From Pseudomonadota bacterium (GTDB taxonomy: Bacteria > Bdellovibrionota_B > Oligoflexia > Oligoflexales > CAIYRB01), in the NCBI GenBank assembly GCA_031416315.1, contig JANOTL010000010.1, positions 1 through 57,390 on the forward strand: a stretch of 57,390 nucleotides of DNA. Direction: 5' to 3'. Below the pieces are notes generated by a model. That model saw only the letters and a program-made list of their open reading frames with translations. It did no database searches and had not been told where the DNA came from. The translations under genes were made by a program, and so were the position numbers. This document shows, piece by piece, positions 36,227 through 45,863 of the stretch (position 1 is its first letter; every line of letters begins with the position of its first letter).

Positions 36227-36916
36227 ATGACAACGTGCCTCGTCGACGTCGCGGGCGCAGTCGAAGAGGAGCTGGCGGGCTATTACGGCTTCCCGCTCCT
36301 CGCCGGCGCTTCGTCCCATTTCGTTACGAAAGCCGAGCTGAAGGCCGCGCTCGGCGACGCTGCGGAAGCGCAGCCCGAATGGACGGCGCGCGGCGGCGTT
36401 TGGCTCGTGAACAGCGAGGCGCACGCGGACGAAGACGTCTTCGTCGGGATCACGATCGCCCCGGAAATCGCAATGACCTTGGAGGCGCACAATCCTCTGG
36501 CGGGGCTCGACAACGACAACCTCGACGCCTTCTGCGTCCTGGTCGAGGAAGTCAGCCATTTTCACCTGATCCTGAACCGGATCGCGGCGCAAAAGCCCGT
36601 GACCCGGACGGAGCTCGAGCTGCAAGGCGAGCTCGACAAGCTGCTCGTCTGCGCGCGCCTGTTGAAGAAGCAGAGCGGCGATCACCACGTCCTGCCCTTG
36701 GCGCGGATGCTCTACGACCTCGCAGAGATCGTCACATCCGGCGAGGGCCGCGAAGAGGCGTACCGTGCCGCGACGAAGTACGCGGCGCGGTTCTGGTTCG
36801 GCTCCGAATCGGGTCCGGACGACGCGCTTGTGCGCTTGCGGCTTCAAGCGATCTACCGCACCAGTTGGGCCGGCAAGCTCGCGGAGCTCAGGGACTTTGG
36901 TCGAGCCGCCGCGTGA
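36227..36916 (+). CDS. Conserved hypothetical protein with zincin-like EExxH motif
   Basis: VEEVSHFH..ELELQGELDK; starts 2 nt after the previous gene. Confidence 0.7.
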   Translation: MTTCLVDVAGAVEEELAGYYGFPLLAGASSHFVTKAELKAALGDAAEAQPEWTARGGVWLVNSEAHADEDVFVGITIAPEIAMTLEAHNPLAGLDNDNLDAFCVLVEEVSHFHLILNRIAAQKPVTRTELELQGELDKLLVCARLLKKQSGDHHVLPLARMLYDLAEIVTSGEGREEAYRAATKYAARFWFGSESGPDDALVRLRLQAIYRTSWAGKLAELRDFGRAAA

Positions 36917-36975
36917 GACCTGATCGGCCGATGCCGAGGGGTTGAACTCGAATTCCATCCGAACGGGAAAAAAGA

Positions 36976-38142
36976 ATGCGGCTCGTCTTTCTAGGTACCT
37001 TCGCCAGTACGAGCGGCGCTCCTTTGCTGCTTCTGGATTTGCTGCAGTCGCTTAAAAACGAGAAGAACCTCGAGTTTTCAAACATCCTTTTGGATGGAGG
37101 CGATCTATTAGATCTCTACAAAAGCTCGGCTCCCACCTTGGTCCTAGATGATAGCTCCTTGCGCAATCGCGTGCTTCGGCGACTCGGGTGGCACGACTAT
37201 CTACGCCTGAGAAAGTGCCTCGCGTTTCTTGGGCAACGGGCACCGGATCTCCTGTACGCAAATACGGTGGTAACCCTCCGGCTCGCCCTCCAGTTGAAGA
37301 AAGCGCTTCCCGGCGTGTCCGTAATCTGCGCCTGCCACGAGCTGGAAATGGGCATCGACTCACATGTGGGGCTAGCGAATTTTTCCGAGCTAGCAAAGCA
37401 GGTCGATCTCTTTATCGTTCCGTCGAAAGCCGTTCAAGACTATCTCGTCAAATCGCATGGGGTCGCTGCAAGTAAAACGCATCATGTTTGGGAATTCATC
37501 AAGACCTCGGGCAGCCACCAGTTCAATAGAGAGAGTCGAGATGCGCTTCGACTGGAGTATGGGATTCCTCCGGACGCGTTCGTAGTGGGCTCCTGTGGAA
37601 CTGCGGATTGGAGAAAATCGCCGTCCCTCATGATCCAAATCGCCGGAAAAGTCGGCGAGCGCTCCGCGGGTGCTCCCATTTACTTTATGTGGCTCGGCGG
37701 CTCCGCGGATCAGCATAAGGAGCTCCAGTACGATATTGCGCGTTTAGGTCTATCAAATGTGATCCTCGTTGAAGCACGACCGGACATCTCCAGATACTTT
37801 AGCGCTTGGGACATCTTCCTATTAACATCCAGGGAAGAGCCTTTTGGTTTAGTTTGTTTGCACGCCGGTGTCCACGGCCTGCCAACGATTTGCTTCGACA
37901 AGGCCGGCGGAGCGCCAGAGTTTGTTCTGGCCGACGCTGGCTTTGTCGCTCCGTATCTGGATCTCGATTTCGTCGTCGAGAAGATAAATTTATTCCGTAG
38001 CGACCGTCAGTTAGTTAGGTCGATGGGGGAATGCGCCCGTCAACGGGTCCTGAGTCGACACAACGACACAAATGGCCCAAAGCATACTTTTGAAGTGGTT
38101 CAGGGCGTCGTTTCTAGAAAATTTGGCTCTGGCGTTGCATGA
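36976..38142 (+). CDS. Glycosyltransferase family 4 (GT-B)
   Basis: SGAP, DLLYANT, HE, DIFLLTSREEPFGLVCLHA..GLPTI; visibly lower GC than its neighbours. Confidence 0.9.
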   Translation: MRLVFLGTFASTSGAPLLLLDLLQSLKNEKNLEFSNILLDGGDLLDLYKSSAPTLVLDDSSLRNRVLRRLGWHDYLRLRKCLAFLGQRAPDLLYANTVVTLRLALQLKKALPGVSVICACHELEMGIDSHVGLANFSELAKQVDLFIVPSKAVQDYLVKSHGVAASKTHHVWEFIKTSGSHQFNRESRDALRLEYGIPPDAFVVGSCGTADWRKSPSLMIQIAGKVGERSAGAPIYFMWLGGSADQHKELQYDIARLGLSNVILVEARPDISRYFSAWDIFLLTSREEPFGLVCLHAGVHGLPTICFDKAGGAPEFVLADAGFVAPYLDLDFVVEKINLFRSDRQLVRSMGECARQRVLSRHNDTNGPKHTFEVVQGVVSRKFGSGVA

Positions 38143-38206
38143 ACGAGGCGCAAGATTCGAGCGGCCCTGACGGAACGTACGGCGGAGGCCGGCCAGCTCG
38201 ACGCGC

Positions 38207-39184
38207 TCAGGGACGATGGTCGATGAGCCGCCTGACTTCCCACGCCTCCTGCTCTTTGCCGGCGTTCGTCAACTCGACCGCGAGGAGCTCGACCGCAGGT
38301 GCGAACTTCGGATCTTCGAGCGCCTCGCGCACGTCGTATAGCGCGTAGCGCGATTCTCCGAGCTTGAAAAGGAGGCGAGCCCGCGCGAGCTTTAGGCCGG
38401 GATCGGCGTCGTCGATGTCCATCGCCTGAGTGTAGTAGAACGCGCCCTCGCGCGGATCACCGGCGCTCTGTCCGGCGGAGGTCAAGCGCTCGAGCAGAAA
38501 CTTCGACGACGTGCCGAGGTAGGCGCCGAATAGGCCGACGATTCCGAGCGTCGCCAGCATAGAGACGCCGAGCGGCCGATTCCGGGGAGCGACGTTGCTC
38601 GGCCGGAGCCGCACCATCGCCGCAGTGACGACGAAGCCGCCGATGAGGCCGCCGAGGTGCGCCGAATTGTCGATAAAGGGGACGAGGAAGCCGAAGGCGA
38701 GGTTGATCGCCACGGTCATCAGATAGCCGCGATTTTTCGGCCTTTGCCCCGTGAGCCGCGCGACGCGGGCCCCGATCGAGCGCTCAAGGAAAAGGCCCGC
38801 GCCGAGCAGGCCGAAGATCGCGCCGGAGGCGCCGGCACTGAGGTTCGGGCTGGCCACGGCGCTCACGATGTTCCCGAACACGCCCGAGACCAGGTAGATC
38901 GCCATGAACCAGGCGCCGCCGAGCACGTCTTCGAGCTGCCGTCCGACGGCGTTCAGCATGTAGCTGTTGACCACGAAATGCAGGACGCCGACGTGGATAA
39001 AGATCGGCGTGATGAGCCGCCACCACTCGCCGGCGGCGAGCTTCACCGGATCCTTCGCCCCGAGCGCGATCAGGGTCTGCGTGTCGGGCAAGAGGATGCC
39101 ACCCGATTTCCACGACAAGTAGAGGAACACCAGAGTGTTCAGCAGAATGAGGCGGCCGCGCCAGGTCCGGTAGATCTCGCGCAT
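38207..39184 (-). CDS. Rhomboid intramembrane serine protease with C-terminal TPR-like region
   Basis: WWRLITPIFIH..HFVVN, GASGAIFG (catalytic Ser), DNSAHLGG (catalytic His); TGATG overlap with the upstream gene. Confidence 0.93.
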   Translation of the reverse strand: MREIYRTWRGRLILLNTLVFLYLSWKSGGILLPDTQTLIALGAKDPVKLAAGEWWRLITPIFIHVGVLHFVVNSYMLNAVGRQLEDVLGGAWFMAIYLVSGVFGNIVSAVASPNLSAGASGAIFGLLGAGLFLERSIGARVARLTGQRPKNRGYLMTVAINLAFGFLVPFIDNSAHLGGLIGGFVVTAAMVRLRPSNVAPRNRPLGVSMLATLGIVGLFGAYLGTSSKFLLERLTSAGQSAGDPREGAFYYTQAMDIDDADPGLKLARARLLFKLGESRYALYDVREALEDPKFAPAVELLAVELTNAGKEQEAWEVRRLIDHRP

Positions 39185-39621
39185 CACATGACGGTGTAGT
39201 CGTTCAACGGATTGTGCATCTCGAGGTACTTGGCGCCGCGGAGCTCGGCGGCCGGGGCCTTGTTCGAGAGGAGCCACACCGGAACGGGGCCTTGGGCGTT
39301 CGGGAAGAAGACGACCATCTGGGCGACCTCGGCGACCGGGCCCTTCTCGCTGAGGATCTCGGCCGAAAGACGGAGCTTCAAACCGACTTTGACGGCGACG
39401 TGCACGTGATCGCTCTCGAGGTGGAGCGTGTCGTAGCGGCCCGAAGGCGCCGTGCTCTTGAACTCGACGACGAAGGCGCCGTCATCGCGGCGGTCGATCG
39501 CGCTCACGGTGTAATCGCCGCCGACGCGGACGACTTCGGGCTGAGCGGCATCGTCCGCGGCATAGGCGGGGGCAGCGACGAGGGTCGCGACGACGAGGAG
39601 GAGTTTGTTGAGGAGGCTCAT
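39184..39621 (-). CDS. Secreted hypothetical protein
   Basis: Signal peptide ending AYA; AAGGA RBS; translationally coupled to the rhomboid gene. Confidence 0.7.
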   Translation of the reverse strand: MSLLNKLLLVVATLVAAPAYAADDAAQPEVVRVGGDYTVSAIDRRDDGAFVVEFKSTAPSGRYDTLHLESDHVHVAVKVGLKLRLSAEILSEKGPVAEVAQMVVFFPNAQGPVPVWLLSNKAPAAELRGAKYLEMHNPLNDYTVM

Positions 39622-39657
39622 GGGTGAATCCTTGTCCGAGTTTGCTTGGTTATAACA

Positions 39658-41190
39658 CTAATCGAGTTTGATTCCGGTACGGGTGACCGCGGCTTCCGGC
39701 CCGCCGGCGCCGATCCAGGCGGAAAGGGCAGCGATTTCCTTGTGAAGCGAGCGGTCCTGATCCATGGTGCGGGCACGCTCGCGAATCCCGTCGTAAACGG
39801 CGGTGAGAGCCGCGGACGCCTTCAGGGGCGCGAGGATGTCCAAGGCCTGCGCCGCGGCGAGCAGCTCGATGGCGAGGACGTTGCGGACGTTGCGGTTGAT
39901 CTCGCGCGCCTTGCGGGCGGCGATGGGACCCATGCTGACGTGGTCTTCCTTGTCGGCGGAGGTCGGGATGCTATCGACGCTGGCAGGGTGGGCGAGGATC
40001 TTGTTCTCGGAGACCAGGGCCGCGGTGACGACGTGCGGAATCATGAATCCGGAGTTGAGTCCGGAGTCCTTGGTGACGAAGGCGGGCAAGCCACTTAAGG
40101 CCGGATTCGTCAGCTTCTCGACGCGACGCTCGGCGATCGAGCCGATCTCCGCGACCGCGATCGCGAGGAAGTCGAGCGCGATGGCGATCGGCTGGCCGTG
40201 GAAGTTGCCGCCGCTGATGACGTCGCCGTCGTCGAAGACGAGGGGGTTATCGGTGATGCTGTTGAGCTCGATCTCGACCACGTTCTCGACGTAGGCCGCG
40301 GCGTCGCGGCTCGCGCCGTGCACCTGCGGAACGCAGCGGAAGCTATAAGGATCTTGGACTTTGCCGCAGGCGGCGTGGCTGTCCATGATGGCGTCCTGGG
40401 TGGAGAAGAGCTTGCGGACGTTCGCCGCAACGCGCGTTTGGCCGGCCTGAGGACGGACGGCGTGGATGCGCTCGTCGAATGCGCGAAGCGTGCCGCGGAT
40501 CGCGTCGAGGCTCAGGGCCGCGGCGATGTCGGCCGTCATGAGCAACGCTTTCGCCTCTTCCACGGCGAAGGCCGCGATCGTGGTCATGAAATGGGTGCCG
40601 TTGATCAGCGCCAGGCCTTCCTTGGCTTCAGGCTTCAAAGGCTTGAGCTGCAACGCTTTCAGGACATCGCCGGCCGGCGCTGTCTCGTTCTTGTACCGGA
40701 CGTCGCCCTCGCCCATGAGGCCCATCGCGAGGTGGGCCAAGGGCGCGAGATCGCCGGAAGCGCCGACGCTGCCTTGGCATGGGATGACCGGGAGGATGTC
40801 GTGCTTCAGGAAAGAGAGCACCTGCTCCAGCGTTTCCTCGCGGACGCCGCTATGGCCCAGAAGGAAGGTATGCGCGCGCAGGACGAGCAGCGCGCGGACG
40901 ATCTCGTCGGGCATCGGGTCGCCGACGCCGCAGGCGTGGGACCGCACGAGGTTCGCCTGGAGGAGCTCCAGCTTGTCCGCGGGGATCGCGACGTCGGCGA
41001 GAAAGCCGAATCCGGTGTTGATGCCGTAGACGCGCTCGCCGCTCTGCAGGACTTTGTCGACGTGAGCGCGGAAACTAAGGAGGCGCTTGCGCGCGGCCGC
41101 GGAGACTTGGAGCTGCGGCGCAGGCTTTGCGCCGAGCCGGTACAAGATCTCGGTCGTGAGGCGGCTTTCCCCGAGGGCGAACGTGGTCAT
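39658..41190 (-). CDS. hutH: Histidine ammonia-lyase
   Basis: VYGINTGFG, SHACG (His-specific), GSVGASGDLAPLAH (MIO-forming ASG), QDPYSFRC, SGGNFHG. Confidence 0.96.
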   Translation of the reverse strand: MTTFALGESRLTTEILYRLGAKPAPQLQVSAAARKRLLSFRAHVDKVLQSGERVYGINTGFGFLADVAIPADKLELLQANLVRSHACGVGDPMPDEIVRALLVLRAHTFLLGHSGVREETLEQVLSFLKHDILPVIPCQGSVGASGDLAPLAHLAMGLMGEGDVRYKNETAPAGDVLKALQLKPLKPEAKEGLALINGTHFMTTIAAFAVEEAKALLMTADIAAALSLDAIRGTLRAFDERIHAVRPQAGQTRVAANVRKLFSTQDAIMDSHAACGKVQDPYSFRCVPQVHGASRDAAAYVENVVEIELNSITDNPLVFDDGDVISGGNFHGQPIAIALDFLAIAVAEIGSIAERRVEKLTNPALSGLPAFVTKDSGLNSGFMIPHVVTAALVSENKILAHPASVDSIPTSADKEDHVSMGPIAARKAREINRNVRNVLAIELLAAAQALDILAPLKASAALTAVYDGIRERARTMDQDRSLHKEIAALSAWIGAGGPEAAVTRTGIKLD

Positions 41191-41855
41191 GACTTGAGCG
41201 CTTTCAGCTTCGCGATCGGCTCGGCGCGATTCTTGGCGCCGTATACGAAAGTTCCGGCGACGAGCACGTTCGCGCCGGCGGCGACGACCTTCTGCCCGGT
41301 CTCGGCGTTGATGCCGCCGTCGACTTCGAGCTGAACTTTCTCGTCAAGGCCGCGCGCCACGAGCTCTTGGCGCATCGCGGCGATGCGCGGCACGACGCGT
41401 TGGATGAAACTCTGACCGCCGAAGCCGGGGTTCACCGACATCAGCATCACGAGGTCGACCTCTTCGAGGATCTCGAAGACCGACTCGATGGGCGTGCCGG
41501 GGTTCACGGCGACGCCGGCCTTGGCGCCGGCCTTCCGGATCGCGGCGGCGAGGCGATGCGGATGCACCGCGGCCTCGATGTGGAAGCACAGGAGATCGGC
41601 GCCGGCCGCGACGTAGTCCAGCGCCACGGTGTCGGGGTTCGACACCATGATGTGCACGTCGAGCGGGATCTTCGCGAACTTCTTCAGTGCGGAGACGAAG
41701 GGGAGGCCGTAGGTGAGGTTCGGCACGAAGTGGCCGTCCATCACGTCGACGTGATGCCAGTCTGCGCCCGCCGCCTCGACGCTCGTGATTTCCTCCGCGA
41801 AACGGAGTGGGTCCGCCGCGAGCAGCGACGGGGCGACGAGGGGGCCTTTAGACAT
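41187..41855 (-). CDS. rpe: Ribulose-phosphate 3-epimerase
   Basis: HVDVMDGHFVPNLT, LDVHIM, MSVNPGFGGQ, EVDGGIN. Confidence 0.97.
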   Translation of the reverse strand: MSKGPLVAPSLLAADPLRFAEEITSVEAAGADWHHVDVMDGHFVPNLTYGLPFVSALKKFAKIPLDVHIMVSNPDTVALDYVAAGADLLCFHIEAAVHPHRLAAAIRKAGAKAGVAVNPGTPIESVFEILEEVDLVMLMSVNPGFGGQSFIQRVVPRIAAMRQELVARGLDEKVQLEVDGGINAETGQKVVAAGANVLVAGTFVYGAKNRAEPIAKLKALKS

Positions 41856-41858
41856 GGA

Positions 41859-42425
41859 TCAGGCGTTCTCCAGCTCGGCCGGGGCCTTGCCCATGCGGGC
41901 CATCTTCTTCTTCACGAGGCCGGCCTTGAGGCGGCTCATGCGGGTGAAGAACACGACGCCGTCGATGTGGTCGACCTCGTGCTGGAGGCAGACGGCGAAG
42001 AGGCCCGTCGCGTGGACCTCGAAGTCCTTGCCGTTCTCGTCCTTGGCGCTGACCCAGACCTCGGCGGCGCGCTCGACGAACTCGTAGACGTCGGGAAAGC
42101 TGAGGCAGCCTTCCTGGAATTTGAACTTACCGGCCTTCTTGGTGATCACCGGGTTCACGAAGGTGAACTTCTTGTTGTGCCACCACTCGAGCTTCTCTTC
42201 TTGCTCTTGCTCTTCGTAGCGGTTGTCGTTGAACGGGATCTCGATGGTGACGACCCGGCGCAGGTCGCCGACCTGGTTGGCGGCGAGGCCGATGCCCGCC
42301 GACGCCTTCATCGTCTCGTGCATGTCCTCGACGAACTTTTTGAGGTCGGCATCGAAATTGGTCACCTCGGAGGCACGCGTCTCCAAGACCTTGGCCGGCC
42401 AAACGACGACGTCGAGAACGCTCAC
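41859..42425 (-). CDS. def: Peptide deformylase
   Basis: GIGLAANQ, EGCLS, QHEVDH; GTG start after GAGGGA. Confidence 0.96.
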   Translation of the reverse strand: MSVLDVVVWPAKVLETRASEVTNFDADLKKFVEDMHETMKASAGIGLAANQVGDLRRVVTIEIPFNDNRYEEQEQEEKLEWWHNKKFTFVNPVITKKAGKFKFQEGCLSFPDVYEFVERAAEVWVSAKDENGKDFEVHATGLFAVCLQHEVDHIDGVVFFTRMSRLKAGLVKKKMARMGKAPAELENA

Positions 42426-42528
42426 GGAGATCCCTCTTGGAAAGCGGAAAATAGGCTGCGGACGCGCCGCACCATAGCACATCCTGGCGCGCGTCACATA
42501 CGCTAATCATTATAATGAAAACAGGGGA

Positions 42529-42765
42529 TTAGAGGGATTTGTCGTCGGCGTCGCGGGACTTGGAGAAGGTGAGCTTGGCGGTCTCGGAGACTTTCGACCA
42601 GAGGGCGCCCAGCTCCTCGTCCACGGTCTGGACCAGGGCGTTCTGGACGAGGGTCCCGTGGGCGGCCTGGAAGATGGTCTGGCCGTCGACACGGATCGAC
42701 AGAAGGAAGACCCACAGAATGCCTTGCAGGGAGAACTTGGCGATCCATTTCAGGACGTCGTTCAT
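42529..42765 (-). CDS. Small membrane-anchored hypothetical protein
   Basis: GAGG RBS, N-terminal hydrophobic helix. Confidence 0.6.
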   Translation of the reverse strand: MNDVLKWIAKFSLQGILWVFLLSIRVDGQTIFQAAHGTLVQNALVQTVDEELGALWSKVSETAKLTFSKSRDADDKSL

Positions 42766-42828
42766 CGAAGGGACCTCTTGGCGATGTAGAGACGGGGTAT
42801 GCGTAAATTTTACACCGCCTTAGGCGCC

Positions 42829-42860
42829 AAAAGAAAACGGGCGCCCGGAGGGGCGCCCGC
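42829..42860 (-). terminator. Intrinsic terminator after lon
   Basis: Minus strand GCGGGCGCCC-ctcc-GGGCGCCCGT followed by TTTCTTTT. Confidence 0.85.
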
Positions 42861-42890
42861 GATCCAAACAAATTTTCCGGAAATTCCCGC

Positions 42891-45338
42891 TCAGCTCGCG
42901 AGGTTCTTCGGACCGACCTCGACGTCGAGCAGGGGCACGGCCTCGATGACGGCGGGGACGCCTTTGCCGTACATGATCTCGAAGACGTCGCGGTACTCTT
43001 TCACGAACGTGACCTTGATCCGGCGCTTCACGTTCAGTGGGAGCATCTCGAAGGTCGACTTGTTCTTCTCCGGGAGAAGGACGTGCTCGATGCCTTCGCG
43101 GAGGGCCGCGAGGATCTTCTCTTTCAGGCCGCCGATCGGCAGGACCTTGCCGTGGAGGGTGATCTCGCCGGTCATCGCGATCTTCTCGGCCGGGGCACGG
43201 CCGAGGAGAGCGGAGAGGAGCGAGGTCGCCATCGCGGTGCCGGCGGACGGGCCGTCCTTCGGGACGCCGCCAGCCGGGCAGTGGACGTGGAGCTCCCCGT
43301 TGGCGAGCTTCTCGGGATCGATGCCGAACTCTGTCGCGCGGGAGCGCAAGAAGGAGAGGGCGGTGGTCGCCGACTCTTTCATGACGTCGCCGAGCTGACC
43401 CGTGAGGACCAGTTTCGAGCGCGTGCCCGGGATGAGGTTGGTCTCGATCGCCATCACCTCGCCGCCGTAGCTCGTGTAAGCGAGGCCCAGCGAGACGCCG
43501 ACGATGGCGTCCAGGTGATAGAAGTCGTCGTCGTAGCGCTTGGCGCCGAGGTGCTTCTGGACGAGCTGCGGGGTGAGCTTGACCGCTTGCCGGACGTCGC
43601 CGTTCTCGAGCTCGGCGTACTGGCGGGCGATCTTGCGGCAGACCGAGGCGATCTGCTTCTCGAGGCCGCGGAGCCCCGATTCACGCGTGTAGCTGTTGAT
43701 GATCGTGGTGACGGCGCTCTTGGAGAACTCGACCTCGGTGGTCGTGAGGCCGGTCTCTTTGAGCTGCTTCGGAATCAAGTACTGATTCGCGATGGTGAGC
43801 TTCTCTTCTTCGCTGTAGCCCGACACTTCGATGATCTCCAGGCGGTCGCGGAGCGGCGCCGGGATGGTGTCGAGCGTGTTGCAGTTGGCGATGAAGAAGA
43901 CGTCGGAGAGGTCGAAGGCGACGCCGAGGTAGTGGTCAACGAAGCCTTTGTTCTGCTCCGGGTCCAGGACCTCGAGGAGGGCCGAGCTCGGATCGCCGCG
44001 ATGGTCGCTGCCGAGCTTGTCGATCTCGTCGAGCATGATGATCGGGTTCGAGGCCTGCGCCTGCTTTAGGCTGGTGACGACGCGGCCTGGGAAGGCACCG
44101 ACGTAAGTCTTGCGATGACCACGAATGTCCGCTTCGTCGCGCACGCCGCCGAGCGAGATGCGGGAGAACTGGCGGCCCATGGCGCGAGCGACCGAGCGGC
44201 CGAGGCTCGTCTTGCCGACGCCCGGGGGGCCGACGAAGCAGAGGATCGGGCTCTTGGCGCCGGGGTTCAGCTTCTTGACGGCGAGGTACTCGAGAATGCG
44301 GTCCTTGACCACGTCGAGGCCGTGATGATCCTCGTCGAGCACGCTCTTCACGCGTTTCAGCTCGAGGAGGTCGCTCGTCTTGATCGCCCAAGGCAAAGAG
44401 AGGATGGTCTCGACGTGCGTCCGGGTCAGCGCGGCTTCCGAGGTGTCGGAATGCATGCGCTCGAGGCGGCGGAGCTGACGAGTGACTTCGTCTTTCGCTT
44501 CCTGCGAAAGCTTCACGTCCTCCATCTTCTTCCACATGGCGTCGAGCTCGTCCTTGCCGTCGGCGTCGCCGAGCTCGGACTTGATGGCGCGCATCTGCTC
44601 GCGCAGATAGTGCTCGCGCTGCATCCGGCCGATCTCTTCTTTGGCCTGCGACTGGATGCGGACCTGCATTTGGTAAACTTCGATCTCGCGCGACAGGTAG
44701 CGGTGCACCGACTTGAGGCGCTCCGCCGGGTTGTAGACGGCGAGGATCGATTGCGCCTCGTGGACCTTCAGGCCCAAGTTGGCGGCGACGAGGTCGGAGA
44801 GGCGACCCGGATCGGTCACGTCCTCGAGGACCATCAGGATGTCGGGGGAGAGGACCTTGCCGAGGGAGACGACCTTCTCGAGGTTCTCCCGCGTGGCGCG
44901 GATCATCGCCTCGACCTCGGGGCTGTTCTTCACGATCGAAGGCTCTTCGATCATCTTGATGCGCACCGACGGGAAAGGGTCGGCGCCGACCAAGTCTTTG
45001 ACCTGAGCTTTGCCCAGGCCTTGGACGAGGACCTTCATGCGGCCGTCGGGGAGCTTCCGCGTGCGCATGATGGAGCAGACCGTGCCGATGTCGTACACGT
45101 CGAACGGCGGCTCGAGGGTGCTGTCGAGGCCGTCGCCTTTCTCGCCCGCGACCTTGAAGGCCGACAGGAAGATCTTCCGCGAGTGAGCAAGGGCATGCTC
45201 CACCGCGTTGATGCAAAGGTCTTCATTGATGAAGACCGGGACGATCATGTGGGGGAAGACCACGATGTCCTTCAAAGGGAGAAGGGGCATCTCGGTATTC
45301 GGTTCCGTGAGCTGGCTGCTGGCATTCTGCCCGGTCAT
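42891..45338 (-). CDS. lon: ATP-dependent protease La (LonA)
   Basis: LPLKDIVVFP N-domain, GPPGVGKTS, LDEIDK, PKDGPSAG (catalytic Ser), IGGLKEK; GAAGGAG RBS. Confidence 0.97.
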   Translation of the reverse strand: MTGQNASSQLTEPNTEMPLLPLKDIVVFPHMIVPVFINEDLCINAVEHALAHSRKIFLSAFKVAGEKGDGLDSTLEPPFDVYDIGTVCSIMRTRKLPDGRMKVLVQGLGKAQVKDLVGADPFPSVRIKMIEEPSIVKNSPEVEAMIRATRENLEKVVSLGKVLSPDILMVLEDVTDPGRLSDLVAANLGLKVHEAQSILAVYNPAERLKSVHRYLSREIEVYQMQVRIQSQAKEEIGRMQREHYLREQMRAIKSELGDADGKDELDAMWKKMEDVKLSQEAKDEVTRQLRRLERMHSDTSEAALTRTHVETILSLPWAIKTSDLLELKRVKSVLDEDHHGLDVVKDRILEYLAVKKLNPGAKSPILCFVGPPGVGKTSLGRSVARAMGRQFSRISLGGVRDEADIRGHRKTYVGAFPGRVVTSLKQAQASNPIIMLDEIDKLGSDHRGDPSSALLEVLDPEQNKGFVDHYLGVAFDLSDVFFIANCNTLDTIPAPLRDRLEIIEVSGYSEEEKLTIANQYLIPKQLKETGLTTTEVEFSKSAVTTIINSYTRESGLRGLEKQIASVCRKIARQYAELENGDVRQAVKLTPQLVQKHLGAKRYDDDFYHLDAIVGVSLGLAYTSYGGEVMAIETNLIPGTRSKLVLTGQLGDVMKESATTALSFLRSRATEFGIDPEKLANGELHVHCPAGGVPKDGPSAGTAMATSLLSALLGRAPAEKIAMTGEITLHGKVLPIGGLKEKILAALREGIEHVLLPEKNKSTFEMLPLNVKRRIKVTFVKEYRDVFEIMYGKGVPAVIEAVPLLDVEVGPKNLAS

Positions 45339-45385
45339 CCGAGGGTCTCCTTCGCAGGGACGATTCATCTCGCGCTCTGGAATCA

Positions 45386-45413
45386 TTTTCGGCGGCAGGT
45401 CGCTTAGGCTTGA
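45386..45413 (-). promoter_or_regulatory. Sigma-28-like promoter of lon
   Basis: TCAA-16 nt-GCCGAAAA. Confidence 0.55.
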
Positions 45414-45456
45414 GTGCTCGCGGGGTTAGAGCCGCGTGCACGAGGGGCGGGGAGGA

Positions 45457-45858
45457 TCAAGATCCGCATTTAATGCGAACGATGATCAGCAGATCACCTT
45501 GGCGGTCCAGAACTGTGTCTCCGAGTCGCGGACAACGCAGCTGCAAACCGTCTAAGGCTTGGGGCGGAACGGTCACGAGGCATTGAGCGGGTTGGCGTTT
45601 GGGCGGGGAGTCGAGCGATTCGCGCACGCAGCGGGAGAACCGCAGCTCTCGCGAGAGACCGGCGGCCGCTTCGGCCTTGGTCAAGAAGAGGGGAATGGTG
45701 ACGTCGAGTGCGGATTGGCAAGATTCCCACTGTTCGAGAGAGATCTCTTCGAGGTCCACGGAGTCGCAGAAGGATTTGAGGCAGGTCGCGTCGGATGAGG
45801 CTTTGCGGGGCGGGGGAGATTTTGCCGACGCTTTGCGCGCCGGCTTCTTCTTCTTCAT
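45457..45858 (-). CDS. DnaJ C-terminal-domain-like protein without a J-domain
   Basis: LFLTKAEAAAG..REL, VTVPP..DG.QLR..LGD..GDLLIIVRI; no HPD motif. Confidence 0.6.
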   Translation of the reverse strand: MKKKKPARKASAKSPPPRKASSDATCLKSFCDSVDLEEISLEQWESCQSALDVTIPLFLTKAEAAAGLSRELRFSRCVRESLDSPPKRQPAQCLVTVPPQALDGLQLRCPRLGDTVLDRQGDLLIIVRIKCGS

Positions 45859-45863
45859 CGGCG

